A stretch of DNA of 64,000 bases from Schizochytrium sp. TIO01 (lineage: Eukaryota; Protista; Bigyra: Labyrinthulomycetes): the NCBI GenBank assembly GCA_004764695.1, contig SMSO01000032.1, forward strand, positions 1,488,001-1,552,000. The letters run 5' to 3'. The position numbers were made by a program, and so were the translations under genes. Shown one piece after another: positions 1-10,443 of this stretch (its first letter is position 1; each line of letters starts with the position of its first letter). Below the pieces are notes generated by a model. It made no database searches, was not told the origin of the DNA, and saw only the letters and a program-made list of their open reading frames with translations.

Positions 1-3000
1 CTTAAGTTGTTTTTGTGCACGTTTTTGTGTCATTCTTTTAGGAGTTGTATTCTGCTCAGAACTAAGGTGTTCATCTTTCTCATTCACAGGAGGAAGATTT
101 GCATCTCCAAGCTCGTCTGTAAAGTCTGCAAGATTGGTCCGATTTGATGCAATTATACTTGCAAAGTTAACGAATTCTGCCCAAACCAACGTTCCGTCAC
201 CATTTTGATCTAATCTTGCAAAGAGGCGTTCTGGATCTTGAGAGGAAAGTCCTATGGCGTCTAGTAGTGCGGTGTCTTCCTTGAATGACGTAAGAAACTC
301 TGTTCGAGAAATAGCTCCGCTACCATCAACATCAATTTTTGAAAAAATATGCTTGAGACGACTTGCAGTTAAACAGTCTTGCACAAGTCTCTCTTGGTCA
401 TCTGTACCATGAAAAGATCCTCTTCGAGGTTTTGCTTCCTGCTTCAGAACCCTAACAGTGCCAGATACTTCAATGCCGACAGGCCGGGAAGTAACACTAT
501 GTAGCAAAGATAGTGTAAAGGGCCCTGGCTGTGCAAGTAAGATTTCTCCTGTGCCAATCTCGTTATCTACTGCATGCTCGTCATCACGGCAGAAAGTCAA
601 TGTTAATGATGAAGTCAGATCAAGATCCACGGCGAGTCTTAATTTGTTATTTAACTCGTTACGCGGTGTTACAATTGACGGAGTAGTTGATCCACTCAAG
701 CGGAAGAAAAAGTCTTCGCATCCACGATTAATGAAACCTTCGAGATCATCAATTTGAATAGTCACCCAGCTATGTGTAGCCTTTCTCGAAACCGTTGTGT
801 TGTCTGGATGTAATACTGCTGTACCCTGTGCCAAATTTAGGGAGACGTTGCGGTCCTCAATATCTTCGACGTGTCGCGTGCTTAAGCTCTCTTGCAAAGT
901 CGAAAACACCACGCGCCCCACCTGAGGTAAATCGACAGTAAACTCTCGGTCGATTTGTAGATCAATTCTATCCAGAGACATTGAGATCTCGTGATAAATG
1001 TTATCAGGAAGCGCATCATCGTTGCATAAAGTAGCCTGATAATTTCCACATGGTAAATCTACTGGGAAATACCATATTGGAGAGAAGCGATCTTCGTGAT
1101 GCACAGGGGGGCATCGCCAGCTCGTTCCTAATGTTAAATGAGTGAGACGAATAGAAAGTGCGAGTCGTCCAGACCATCTGTAAAAAGCTGGGCTCAGTGA
1201 GAGGTTCTCAAGAGCCATGATTTTTAACTTTACATGAGGAGTTTTCTCTGTAGAGATGTCTGTAGCTGATTGCAAACCTAATGAAGGCTCTGCCACATAC
1301 TGTATCTGTACTTCCGCACGCGCTAACTTTGTTCCAAGTCGAGATATTGAGCGTAGCGGCACTTCCGCATGCATAATGTGTCCATCAATACAAATCTTTG
1401 GAGGAAGAATGATATTTGCTTCTGCTATCCGCTGTCCACTTCCAGTCTCAACTAGACACAAGTCTAAAAATGGTGAATCTTTTGAACTCTCGCACACCCA
1501 CACAGTATGACCGGTAAAATCAGCTGATGTACCTGCAAATACAGCAGGCTCTACTTGATCTTCACTACGAAGATGAAGTTCAAGCTGAAGACTATCTAAT
1601 TGCAAATTGTGTGACGAAAGTGTGAGTGATTTCAAAGTAAAGTGCAGCTTACCAGCAGGCACCATATTTGGCCAGTTTCTTTGCGGTCGCCCAAAACTTG
1701 CTCGAATCACAATTTCGTTGCGCTTGGCGTCATTGCTTCCTTTCAAACGCACTTGCACAGCTTCATGTGGATACATACAAAGTATTGCAAGGTCAAGCAC
1801 CGCGATTGTGGCACCATTCTCAACAGTCTTCAAATTTAATGTGGGAATTACTCGTTGACGATCAGACCATTGCTGTGGCACGTAGAAGGTTGTTTTTCCA
1901 TGTGTGTTGCGCGCTTTCCAGCTCCCAGAAGAGAGCTCAATGGTGGACATGTGCTGAGTTTCTGGTATATCTGTATCTCGTAGAATCTCTTCGTCTTGGA
2001 GAACAATATAGATTGATCCTGGACGTGTCTCACATGTATTTCGTGCAATTTCTGTGTCGCTCAAGAAATCTGTTCGAAAAATCCTTGACGACTTTTCATG
2101 AGTAGACGAGGTAGAGGGAGTGGCGGCTGCCTTGGTTTCTTCTTGATTGGATTCCAGTCGCGGTGTATTATACTGAGCCATTGAGGTCAACCGTGCACCC
2201 AAACACAATTGCACATCTAGTTTACATTGCTGCAAAGACGCCACCACGTATTTTTTTCCAAGCCTCGTATGTGAAAGTATGACCCGAATGGACTCATTTG
2301 TGTAACCTTGAAACTCTGTTCCCAAAGGAGTTTCCTTGTATATCGCAAAACACAGACTGGCATCTGCGGCGGTTGCTTCGGATATGGGAATATGAAGATC
2401 TTCATTCCATATATTCTTGTCATGCGTAAGGGACCTAACGACATCGCGTAATTTGACACGGCCACGAGTCGCAGTACTAGGGAACATATGAGCAACAACA
2501 AAGTACTTTTCAAGATGATCAGAACTTTTGGAAGTCCAGTCAATATTTATGTTGAGGAGATCGTACGTTTTCCCATCTGGCCCATACCAATTTGACATAT
2601 GCGAATAAACGTTAGTCACAAGCCATGCACTCGTCTGCTCTCCAATACGCGTCCAGGCGCCATAAGAATTCGAGCTAACAAGGTCCTTCACGCTGACAAT
2701 ACTAGTATCAATAGTTTCATTCGCTTCATCGCATACTTCCAGTTCCAGGCTGCATGCCCATGGCACAAGTAGCTCGAGTGCACCTCCCCACCAGCTCGAG
2801 TCAGCCTTCTGGTCACCCAGTTCAAGCAATGGGGTTTGAAGGATACTAAAAGAGTTTGAAAGTTTGTCTTTGTTGCGAGCACATAAGCGAAGTGGATTTG
2901 TACTTCCATGAGAACAAATGGTTCCGACGAAAATTGTACATACTACCACTTCTTCATCAGCGTAGGATATTTGATTCGATAGGGAGCCGTCAAATTGAAG

Positions 3001-3534
3001 TGTTACATCAATCCAGCCTCGCGAGCCATATCCGCGACGATTCGCGATGTTCACTCGGATAGGCGCTGACCGTGCACCAGTACTGTGTTGTGATTCAAGA
3101 TTGACATAAGCTCGACCGAATTCCTCATCCTCTCCTGATAATAAATCTCGTTTGCGAATAAGAAGTTCAATAGTGGAATAGGAGCCAAAGGTTCCGGAGT
3201 CGTCTGCACAGAGTGGGATTCTTAATCTGCCAAGAGGTTTATCAACGCCATCCGAATCAATACATGTTGTGCTATGAGACTTTACAACAAATGCTTGTGC
3301 GAATCGTAAACTTTGAGTGTCGCGCGAGGGGCCATGTTTGCTTTCGCGGAGGGAGCAATCCACATGCAAGCAAAGTGTCTGTTGCTGATCCTTGCTATCG
3401 AGTAATTGCAGCTTCTCTAGCACAAGCACCATATGTCCTTTCCTCACCCTAGGCATTTTGGTCACTGCAACATAACTACTGCTTCGCCTTCGTTGCAAAT
3501 GGCCTGGTGAGGCACGTGGGTCTGGGCTCCTCAT
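1..3534 (-). CDS. Large protein (>=1178 aa, runs off the left edge) with several C2-like domains and an EF-hand pair
   Basis: Manual reading shows one minus-strand frame open from ~3630 to position 1, with the first in-frame ATG at 3534. A possible acceptor (aacag|) at ~3631 may mean an upstream exon exists. EF-hand loops DVDGSGAISRTE (~298-333) and DQNGDGTLVWAE (~175-210); C2-like segment KNIWNEDLHIPI...SLCFAIYKETPLGTEFQG (~2300-2420). Absent from the ORF track because no stop codon lies in the window. Confidence 0.8.
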   Translation of the reverse strand, partial: MRSPDPRASPGHLQRRRSSSYVAVTKMPRVRKGHMVLVLEKLQLLDSKDQQQTLCLHVDCSLRESKHGPSRDTQSLRFAQAFVVKSHSTTCIDSDGVDKPLGRLRIPLCADDSGTFGSYSTIELLIRKRDLLSGEDEEFGRAYVNLESQHSTGARSAPIRVNIANRRGYGSRGWIDVTLQFDGSLSNQISYADEEVVVCTIFVGTICSHGSTNPLRLCARNKDKLSNSFSILQTPLLELGDQKADSSWWGGALELLVPWACSLELEVCDEANETIDTSIVSVKDLVSSNSYGAWTRIGEQTSAWLVTNVYSHMSNWYGPDGKTYDLLNINIDWTSKSSDHLEKYFVVAHMFPSTATRGRVKLRDVVRSLTHDKNIWNEDLHIPISEATAADASLCFAIYKETPLGTEFQGYTNESIRVILSHTRLGKKYVVASLQQCKLDVQLCLGARLTSMAQYNTPRLESNQEETKAAATPSTSSTHEKSSRIFRTDFLSDTEIARNTCETRPGSIYIVLQDEEILRDTDIPETQHMSTIELSSGSWKARNTHGKTTFYVPQQWSDRQRVIPTLNLKTVENGATIAVLDLAILCMYPHEAVQVRLKGSNDAKRNEIVIRASFGRPQRNWPNMVPAGKLHFTLKSLTLSSHNLQLDSLQLELHLRSEDQVEPAVFAGTSADFTGHTVWVCESSKDSPFLDLCLVETGSGQRIAEANIILPPKICIDGHIMHAEVPLRSISRLGTKLARAEVQIQYVAEPSLGLQSATDISTEKTPHVKLKIMALENLSLSPAFYRWSGRLALSIRLTHLTLGTSWRCPPVHHEDRFSPIWYFPVDLPCGNYQATLCNDDALPDNIYHEISMSLDRIDLQIDREFTVDLPQVGRVVFSTLQESLSTRHVEDIEDRNVSLNLAQGTAVLHPDNTTVSRKATHSWVTIQIDDLEGFINRGCEDFFFRLSGSTTPSIVTPRNELNNKLRLAVDLDLTSSLTLTFCRDDEHAVDNEIGTGEILLAQPGPFTLSLLHSVTSRPVGIEVSGTVRVLKQEAKPRRGSFHGTDDQERLVQDCLTASRLKHIFSKIDVDGSGAISRTEFLTSFKEDTALLDAIGLSSQDPERLFARLDQNGDGTLVWAEFVNFASIIASNRTNLADFTDELGDANLPPVNEKDEHLSSEQNTTPKRMTQKRAQKQLK

Positions 3535-5615
3535 TTGAAAGAGGAGTTCACTTGATTCCCCAGACCCTTCGTTTATGATCTCCACTCGTACGCAGTGCAC
3601 CCTTGACTTAATGTGCTTGTATGTTGCAGCCTGTTCTACTCTTCAATATGATGTATTATCTATCTAACGTGGTCCGAGTCCCAGTTGTCCCAGATAGCTC
3701 TTCCTCATGCGTTATCAGCCAGAACTACCCAGGTATTCCCCCAAACTTTCTGCCCACGGGAACTGAAAATCACTATCACCCTATTTATTGAATAATCCCT
3801 CCAGACAGTTTGCAGTCGATTCCTGCGACTCCAGTGCCAATCCCGTGCGTCAGCGTACCCGTCTTCTGCCCTATGTCAAGACATTGCATATTTCATCCAT
3901 ATTACCTATATTAACTCATTCCTCCAAGTGAACGGCACTCCACCCCGCGGCGAGGGTGCACCAAGCAAGCACCTTCTCTTTCCATGCTACAGCACCACGG
4001 AGTTGCTATCTTTCCGTACTTAGTAAATAGAAGGAAGCGCTTATTCTTTTTTATTTTAAATTTAACTTATGAAGAAGAAGAAGAAGCACGAAAAAAGAAG
4101 CTTGAGAAAGAAAGGTTTAGGGAGTTCCTGTGTGTTAGTTACTATTAGCAGTTAGCAGGTACCTACGGACGCCTCAAGTAATAGAGCTTGACAGGGGCGT
4201 CGCAAGTGGGGCATACACAGTGGATTAATCACTTGCACAAGTAGAGAGTATAGACGTAAAGTAGAGTAAAGGCTTGCTATAATGCACTTGCGATGGCGTT
4301 GGGTGCCACTCATGGACAAAATGAATGCTTCGAGGTGATATTTCACATGGGAGATGTAAGCTATACCTAAGTAAATAGCGGCGGGTCACTCACTGACTTC
4401 ATGATTGGAGAACGATGATGCCGAGACTGACAAAGTTGTTGTTGGTTGATAACGATGATGGTGCAGTTGATTATCATCTTCCTCCTTTTCTAAAAAAAGC
4501 TGTTTCGAATTGTTCTTTCTTTGGGTTACTATGCGAGGGACAAGAATCACCCATTATTGTCTCGAGTTGGCACTCGTTCTCAGACTGTGCTTTGCAGGTC
4601 ATGTGGTCCGAAGTTGCCTGCTCAGGCTATCGCTTTATGGCAAAAATTGATTTGTGTGATGCGGAATTGGTACCTAATGGCCTGCTACCATGGTTCCTGC
4701 TGCAGTTTTGCAGTTTAAAGTTATCTGGAGTTTTGGGGTTTTGATGTTTGTTTCTTTGTTTTGATTTGCCTGAAGTAGTAGCTGCTTTGCTACCGCTTTC
4801 ACTAGTACCCACCATGTTGTTAGGTATGTTCCACATTACACTATAAAACAACCTGTCTACATTCTATAATACCTAAAGAGCCATTAATCGGCAAATGATT
4901 ATTTATTTTACATTTATTGTCTTATGTTCATTCATTCATTCATTCATTCATTTATTTATTTATAAGTATTTTTATTTATTTATTCATTGACTCCCTTGTT
5001 TCATTCCATCAACAGCGACGCAGCAGACTCGCTTCAAGGCCTGGCGCGCCACGGGCCTCTCCTTGAAGACAGCTTCCGCGAGGCGACTTGAACTTGAGTT
5101 AGCAACCTTGCAGACCCGTCTGCTTGCTGCTGCTGCTGGTGGTATCTGCGTTGCGAAGCCTCTCTGGTGAGGTGAGGTGGTCTGAGTCCAGGATTGATTC
5201 AGGTCACTCCCGCAAGGCGTTCCGAAGCAGGTTCAAACTCGTTGAGCACCATTCAACCAGCAAACCTGCGTGAGTAAGAACAATACTTGAATTTTTCATA
5301 TTACATTGTCTTACTTCTGAATTGAACGCATTTGCTTCGATTTTCTTTCATTGCTGCCTGCATCTGTTTGCATCTGCTTGCAAATTAGTTGAAGTACTCT
5401 TGGAAGGTAATAAGTATCATACGTGAAGCCAGATTCTTGCATTTTCTGATTCTTGTTGGGTTCATCCAACTCAATTTGTTCAGTTACATTGCATTGCATC
5501 ACACTGCAAAGTTACTTGCAGAGTTGTTTCTAGCTTGGTTATTGTAAAAATCAAAGCATCGTGGCAAGGTACTGAGTTGATTAGGTAAATAGCACATCAT
5601 CAAGGAATCTCAAAG

Positions 5616-6671
5616 ATGATGCCAACACTGCCGCAATTGGCAGCTCAGTCAGTGCGCCGACACGCCCGGCGCCCGCTGGATGACTGGCTTAAATTTCGCA
5701 GAGTACAAGGTCCACTCTGCTTTGTAGGCGATATTCACGGACACTTGGACAAGCTAGAGAATCTTTGGGCAAAATTGCCAGCGGCCGTGGGCGGCGATGA
5801 TGTCTTTGAAAAAATGACAGTGACATTTCTTGGCGATTACTGTGATAAGGGTCCTGATACTGCCGGAGTAATTGACTGGATGACCAAGCTCCCGGAGCGA
5901 TATCCGAACCAGAAGCATGTTTTCCTTTCTGGTAACCATGACTTTGCTTTGAGCTCCTTTCTCGGTATCCTCAACTTGAAACGTGGATCGCAGCACACCG
6001 AATTGCAACTCGATCAAACATGGCGTCAGGGTTTTGCGTCAAAACAACCCGAAGAACGCCTTTATAGTGGGCCAGGCGCGGATAAAATGCATCTGCAAGG
6101 TGTACGATACGCGGCTCTGCCCAAATCTGTATTTGAGTCACATTCTACTTTTGAGTCATATGGTGTGCCATATGGAGATCGGGCGGCATTGAAGAAGGCC
6201 ATGCCCCACGCACACCAAGAGTTCCTGCGAAACCTTGATTGGGTGGCCGAGCTTAGCAATGGAGTTGCTAACGTCATTGCTGTCCATGCTGGATTGGAGG
6301 AGTGCGGGGGCGAGTCCGAACTTGGTCAGGTCATTCAATGGCTTCGAGAGCGGAATTCTATTGTCGCACACCAACCCTTCATAGAGCCTCTTAGTGGTCG
6401 TACTAATGTTGAGCGCATGCCTGCGGCGCTGCGGCCATATTTTCCTGATCGCCAATTCGTGAACCGGGTCAACCCACCATACTTTCTCATTTCAGGCCAC
6501 CACGGCTTTGTCCGTATCGCTGGAAGGCGCATTGTCATGGACATGTGTGGTGGCCACGCCGATCGGGACTTAGCAGCCGTGGTGCTTAGCCGTGAAAGGG
6601 CTGGCATGACCTTTAACTCTCTCACCGATGAACAAGGCATTCAACAGAAGATTATTACCTCTCGGGCTTGA
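5616..6671 (+). CDS. Calcineurin-like metallophosphoesterase, Rhizobiales-like phosphatase (RLPH) type
   Basis: PPP motifs GDIHG, FLGDYCDKGP, LSGNHDF, HAG and SGHHG. RLPH-like segments HVFLSGNHDFAL, MHLQG, STFESYGVPYG, LSGRTNV and C-terminal D..GG....LAAVVL match plant RLPH2 as I recall it. Confidence 0.88.
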   Translation: MMPTLPQLAAQSVRRHARRPLDDWLKFRRVQGPLCFVGDIHGHLDKLENLWAKLPAAVGGDDVFEKMTVTFLGDYCDKGPDTAGVIDWMTKLPERYPNQKHVFLSGNHDFALSSFLGILNLKRGSQHTELQLDQTWRQGFASKQPEERLYSGPGADKMHLQGVRYAALPKSVFESHSTFESYGVPYGDRAALKKAMPHAHQEFLRNLDWVAELSNGVANVIAVHAGLEECGGESELGQVIQWLRERNSIVAHQPFIEPLSGRTNVERMPAALRPYFPDRQFVNRVNPPYFLISGHHGFVRIAGRRIVMDMCGGHADRDLAAVVLSRERAGMTFNSLTDEQGIQQKIITSRA

Positions 6672-6689
6672 TGAAAATTGTATTTATCA

Positions 6690-8244
6690 TTAGAGCACGA
6701 CTCGTCGCCTTCTGCAACGAAAACGCACTGACGAAAACGAAATTACACTGCTACATGGGCTATCAGGACGTTCACGCAGTTCCTCCTCGTCGACCTCGAC
6801 TTGCTCTTTTGTCTTGATATGCCGACGAACCTTTTCCCCAACAATAATATTTCGAACTTTTCCTAACGCATCTAAAACTGCATCAGTATTGTCAACATCT
6901 ACATTTACACTTTCTTGGTTTTGGACTTGGGCACCATATGCTTCGTGCATTCGTGTCTCTCCTTTCACATAACCAAAATCTGTTTCGTGGGCGTAGCTGT
7001 CGACATCAAAGTCAAAGTCACATTGAATACCCTTTTCCTCAACGCTGGACGAAGCTACAGACATATTTGCACTCGATTCCTGCATCTTCCAAGCACCCAA
7101 GGAATCTGCTGACGAGCAAACCGATGCAGACTCCCACTGAAACGATGAAGATCTGTTGAGGCGTTGCCGCTGAGACTCAATAAACTTGCGATTGCTATCC
7201 AAAATGTTTTCGCTTTCTTGATCCTCCTCTATGAGCTGTAATAGGTAGTGCCTGGAACGTGTGTTTGATAAAGATCGTGCCCGTGCTTTGCTAATAAATT
7301 GAATCTCACTAACCTCGGGCACATTTGAAACGTTGCGAACAGTTGTCTCTGGCACGAGCTCCGGAATTCGAAGAACAGGAGCTCCCTCCTGCTGGTATGT
7401 CTGTTGCTGCATGGTTTGTGTGCTTTGCACATCCTCTTTCTGGTTATTCTGAAATCTTGTTTTGAATCCGTCGCAAGCGATGCTAGTGCGTGCGGTACTT
7501 CGACAGATTGCTTGTCCTCCTGGTTGTTTTGGAGGTTGATTTTCAACACTACAGCGTTGGCTAGTAGCAGTGTTTTGCGAAGCTGCTGCTCTCCTGTGTG
7601 ACGAGCCAATGTCAAGCTCCTCGAGCTCACGCTGTGTTTGCACGATATCAGCATCGATGCTTTCCAAAGCCCTCTTTATTTTCTCTGGACGTACGTTGTC
7701 ACAAGGAACTGCCGGTTTGTGGCGACTAGAGTTCCGCCGAAAAGAATTTTGATTTTTCCTAACATTCTCCTTACCAAGGCATGGTACGCTTGTTGATTTT
7801 CGTAGTGCCGGGACTTGTTGCAAAGACTTTGATGGCGTTGAAGTTGCCCTATTTTCGCAACCCAAGTCAACGCTCATGTGCCGAGCTTTGCCTTCATCCT
7901 GGGCAGCATTCCTGTCTTTGATTCGTGACGACGTTGTTGACTATTTATTTCCCCAGGGCCGCGTTAGTAATTCATCATTCATGTATGTTTGCTTCGACTC
8001 CTTTTTAGTGCACCAAAGAAGGATTTAGCTCTTTCTGCCACGCCCGCACTGTCAAGAGGATAATACGTACCTGCAAATATCCCGGCACTTGCGTTTGCTT
8101 CATATTTTCAATCTCATTGTCCCATGTATTAACCACTGCATCGTTTGCCCTCAATGTCCTGTCACCGAATTCGAGGGTTTCTGGCCTTGGTCTGCGCCGA
8201 GCTCGCGGCGGTTTGCCGAGCAGCACAGGGCGCTCCTCAGACAT
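6690..8244 (-). CDS. Hypothetical low-complexity/coiled-coil protein, 2 exons (8244-8071, 7940-6690; 474 aa)
   Basis: Phase-0 intron 8070-7941: donor CAG|GTACGT, branch point TACTAAC at 7969-7963, acceptor AAATAG|. It joins ORF 8005..8277 in frame to the 395-aa ORF. An alternative ATG lies at 8277. Confidence 0.7.
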
Positions 8245-9270
8245 TCGGGGCTCTACAAATCTCGCCACAGGCCGCATCTACGCAAACCTCCTCCGCGATA
8301 CGGCTCTGCACACGCTCGTGCAATCGTCTCCAAAGTTGCCAGCCGCTGCAGGCCAAGGTTTCAATCGATAACAACAAATAACAGCTCCAACTTCGAGCGT
8401 TTCCGAGCCCTCTTGCCAAGCAAGTTAGTTCCACACAGGATGACAAAAGCATGTTCCCTGCATTCCCATTTCCATATTGGGGCCTAATTAAGATGTGCAC
8501 ATGTCTGGTAAGAGGAAGCCACCTTCCTTCAGCCCAGGACTTTGGTGATAGTCGAGACGCGCTATCCCGTCAAATCCGCGGTGGCATGGCATGGGCTCGC
8601 CTGATGAAGATTTCTTTCTTTGCAGAGCCTGTGAGTGAAGGGACTAGGCACCAAATTTTGTCTGTACTCGCAATGAAGACTCGAAGCTCTAAGTACCACG
8701 AGGCGCTGGGTTATTGAGCCATGCAACGAGAGTTCCGTTGAAAAGGGTTCGCCGCCGATAATTAGGTGAATCATATAGTAACCCCCTTTGGCTGCTATTT
8801 AGGGGTCCTGGAAGGGGGTACTTTAGGTGTGCACCTTCGTCGTCATGAAGGCGCAATCAGCAAGGAGAAAGAACATTTCCATCATTAACATCTTTAGGTT
8901 GATTGCTCGTCAGCACAGTAATGATCCACATCAGGATCTTTTCGTTCAAGCCCTCTTTGGGTAAGACTGTGGCGACTGAATAAACCATTTTCAACCCTGC
9001 CTCAGCTTAGTCGCGAGTCTATCTGCGTTAAGTAACGCTTGCGATTGCAGAGGCATCGCTGATCGCTCTTGCTAGATGCATATTTTGTGGATCAATTGAA
9101 GCTGCTTTATTTTTATTCTCACTTTTGCTGCTGGGTCTTAGTTGTTTAGTTTTGGCAAGGCGAAGTATAGCAAAGCAAAATCAAACAAGAGGTCTCTGGA
9201 TAGCAAACACCAAGCGCTACCCTTCTGAAGCAAGCGGGGGCACCTCTTGGTTTCCGTGCGAGCAAAAGCC

Positions 9271-10443
9271 ATGATTGAGCTCGTGAGTCTTTGGTCAGTG
9301 AGGGCCCTCGTGGGCTACACGCTGTCATGCTTTGTATTTCGTTTGGCAACGTTTGAGCACATAGAGCGCAAACTTGCGCTGGTGAACTCTGCCTGGGTTG
9401 CAGCACTGTACACGCTGGGGTCAGGACGGTCTCCGCTCGTGCAAACCCCGCTGGCATATGCGACCCTTTTGCCTGCCGTGATTCTCAGCTTTCGTTATGT
9501 GTGGAAATCACAAATTCGAGGTCGGAATCCTGGACGGCCCATTAATCTTAAGGATCGCGTGGTGATTGTGACCGGAAGTAACTCTGGTATTGGAGTTGAA
9601 ACTGCTCGTTCCATTGCTAACTTGGGTGCCCATGTTGTTCTTGCATGCAGGACGAAGGAAACTGCTGATAAGGTTTGTGCCGACATTCGCATGACCACAG
9701 GCAACGAAAACGTCGAGGTCATGGAGCTGGACCTCGGAAGCTTCAAGTCTGTTCGCGCCTTTGCTACTGCCTTCAAGGCTAAGTTTGATCACCTGGATGT
9801 GCTTGTGCAGAATGCAGGCATTATGCTGCCGTCTCGCAAGACCACGCCTGATGGCTTGGAGATGATGATGCAAGTGAACTGCTTTGCTACCTACCTGCTC
9901 ACGATGCTTCTCATTCCAAGTTTGCGCAAGTCCACCTTGCCTGGCGGAGCTCGTGTCACATTAGTGTCCTCTTCTATTCACAAGTTTGCTGCATTCAAGG
10001 ATGGTGGCTTCGATTTTGCCGACCCAATGTGCAAGGACAAGCCGCTCGAAATGCTTCCACGTTATGGCCAGAGCAAGCTGGGCCTGGAAACCTTCAAGGC
10101 AGAACTTCACCGCCGCTTGCGTGCACACGGCGATTCTATTTGTGTCAACTCTTTGATGCCAGGAACTATTGCCAGTGGTATCACACGCAACCTTCATTAC
10201 CTTCTTCAGCTCGGTCATCAATATGTACTTTCGTCAACGCTTAATAAAACTGTTATTACGGGTTCGCACACCACTGTGCATGTGGCCACAGCTTCTGAAA
10301 TTGCTGGTCTCTCTGGTATGTGGTTTGAGCACTGCCGAGTTGCTCCGCAGCCTGAGGTAACGCATGATGCAATTGCAGGTGCTCGTCTCTGGAGTCTTGC
10401 TGAGAGTCTCACTGGCTTTAAGTCTTCAGAGGTAGACTTATGA
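9271..10443 (+). CDS. Short-chain dehydrogenase/reductase, retinol dehydrogenase (RDH11-14/WWOX-like) group, with a hydrophobic N-terminal extension
   Basis: VIVTGSNSGIG cofactor motif, LDLGSFKSVRAFA, NAG, VSS, catalytic YGQSK (YxxxK) and C-terminal ARLWSLAESL. First ATG at 9271. Confidence 0.9.
   Translation: MIELVSLWSVRALVGYTLSCFVFRLATFEHIERKLALVNSAWVAALYTLGSGRSPLVQTPLAYATLLPAVILSFRYVWKSQIRGRNPGRPINLKDRVVIVTGSNSGIGVETARSIANLGAHVVLACRTKETADKVCADIRMTTGNENVEVMELDLGSFKSVRAFATAFKAKFDHLDVLVQNAGIMLPSRKTTPDGLEMMMQVNCFATYLLTMLLIPSLRKSTLPGGARVTLVSSSIHKFAAFKDGGFDFADPMCKDKPLEMLPRYGQSKLGLETFKAELHRRLRAHGDSICVNSLMPGTIASGITRNLHYLLQLGHQYVLSSTLNKTVITGSHTTVHVATASEIAGLSGMWFEHCRVAPQPEVTHDAIAGARLWSLAESLTGFKSSEVDL

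Noticed and set aside
458-3452. Many short ORFs in the track over 0.4-3.5 kb
   Set aside because: They are shadow or out-of-frame ORFs of the single long minus-strand CDS.
5171-5251. tRNA-like look (GGTGAGGTGGTCTGAG...GGTTCAAAC...CACCA)
   Set aside because: The acceptor stem pairs at only 4 of 7 positions, the T-stem does not pair and no anticodon arm can be folded.
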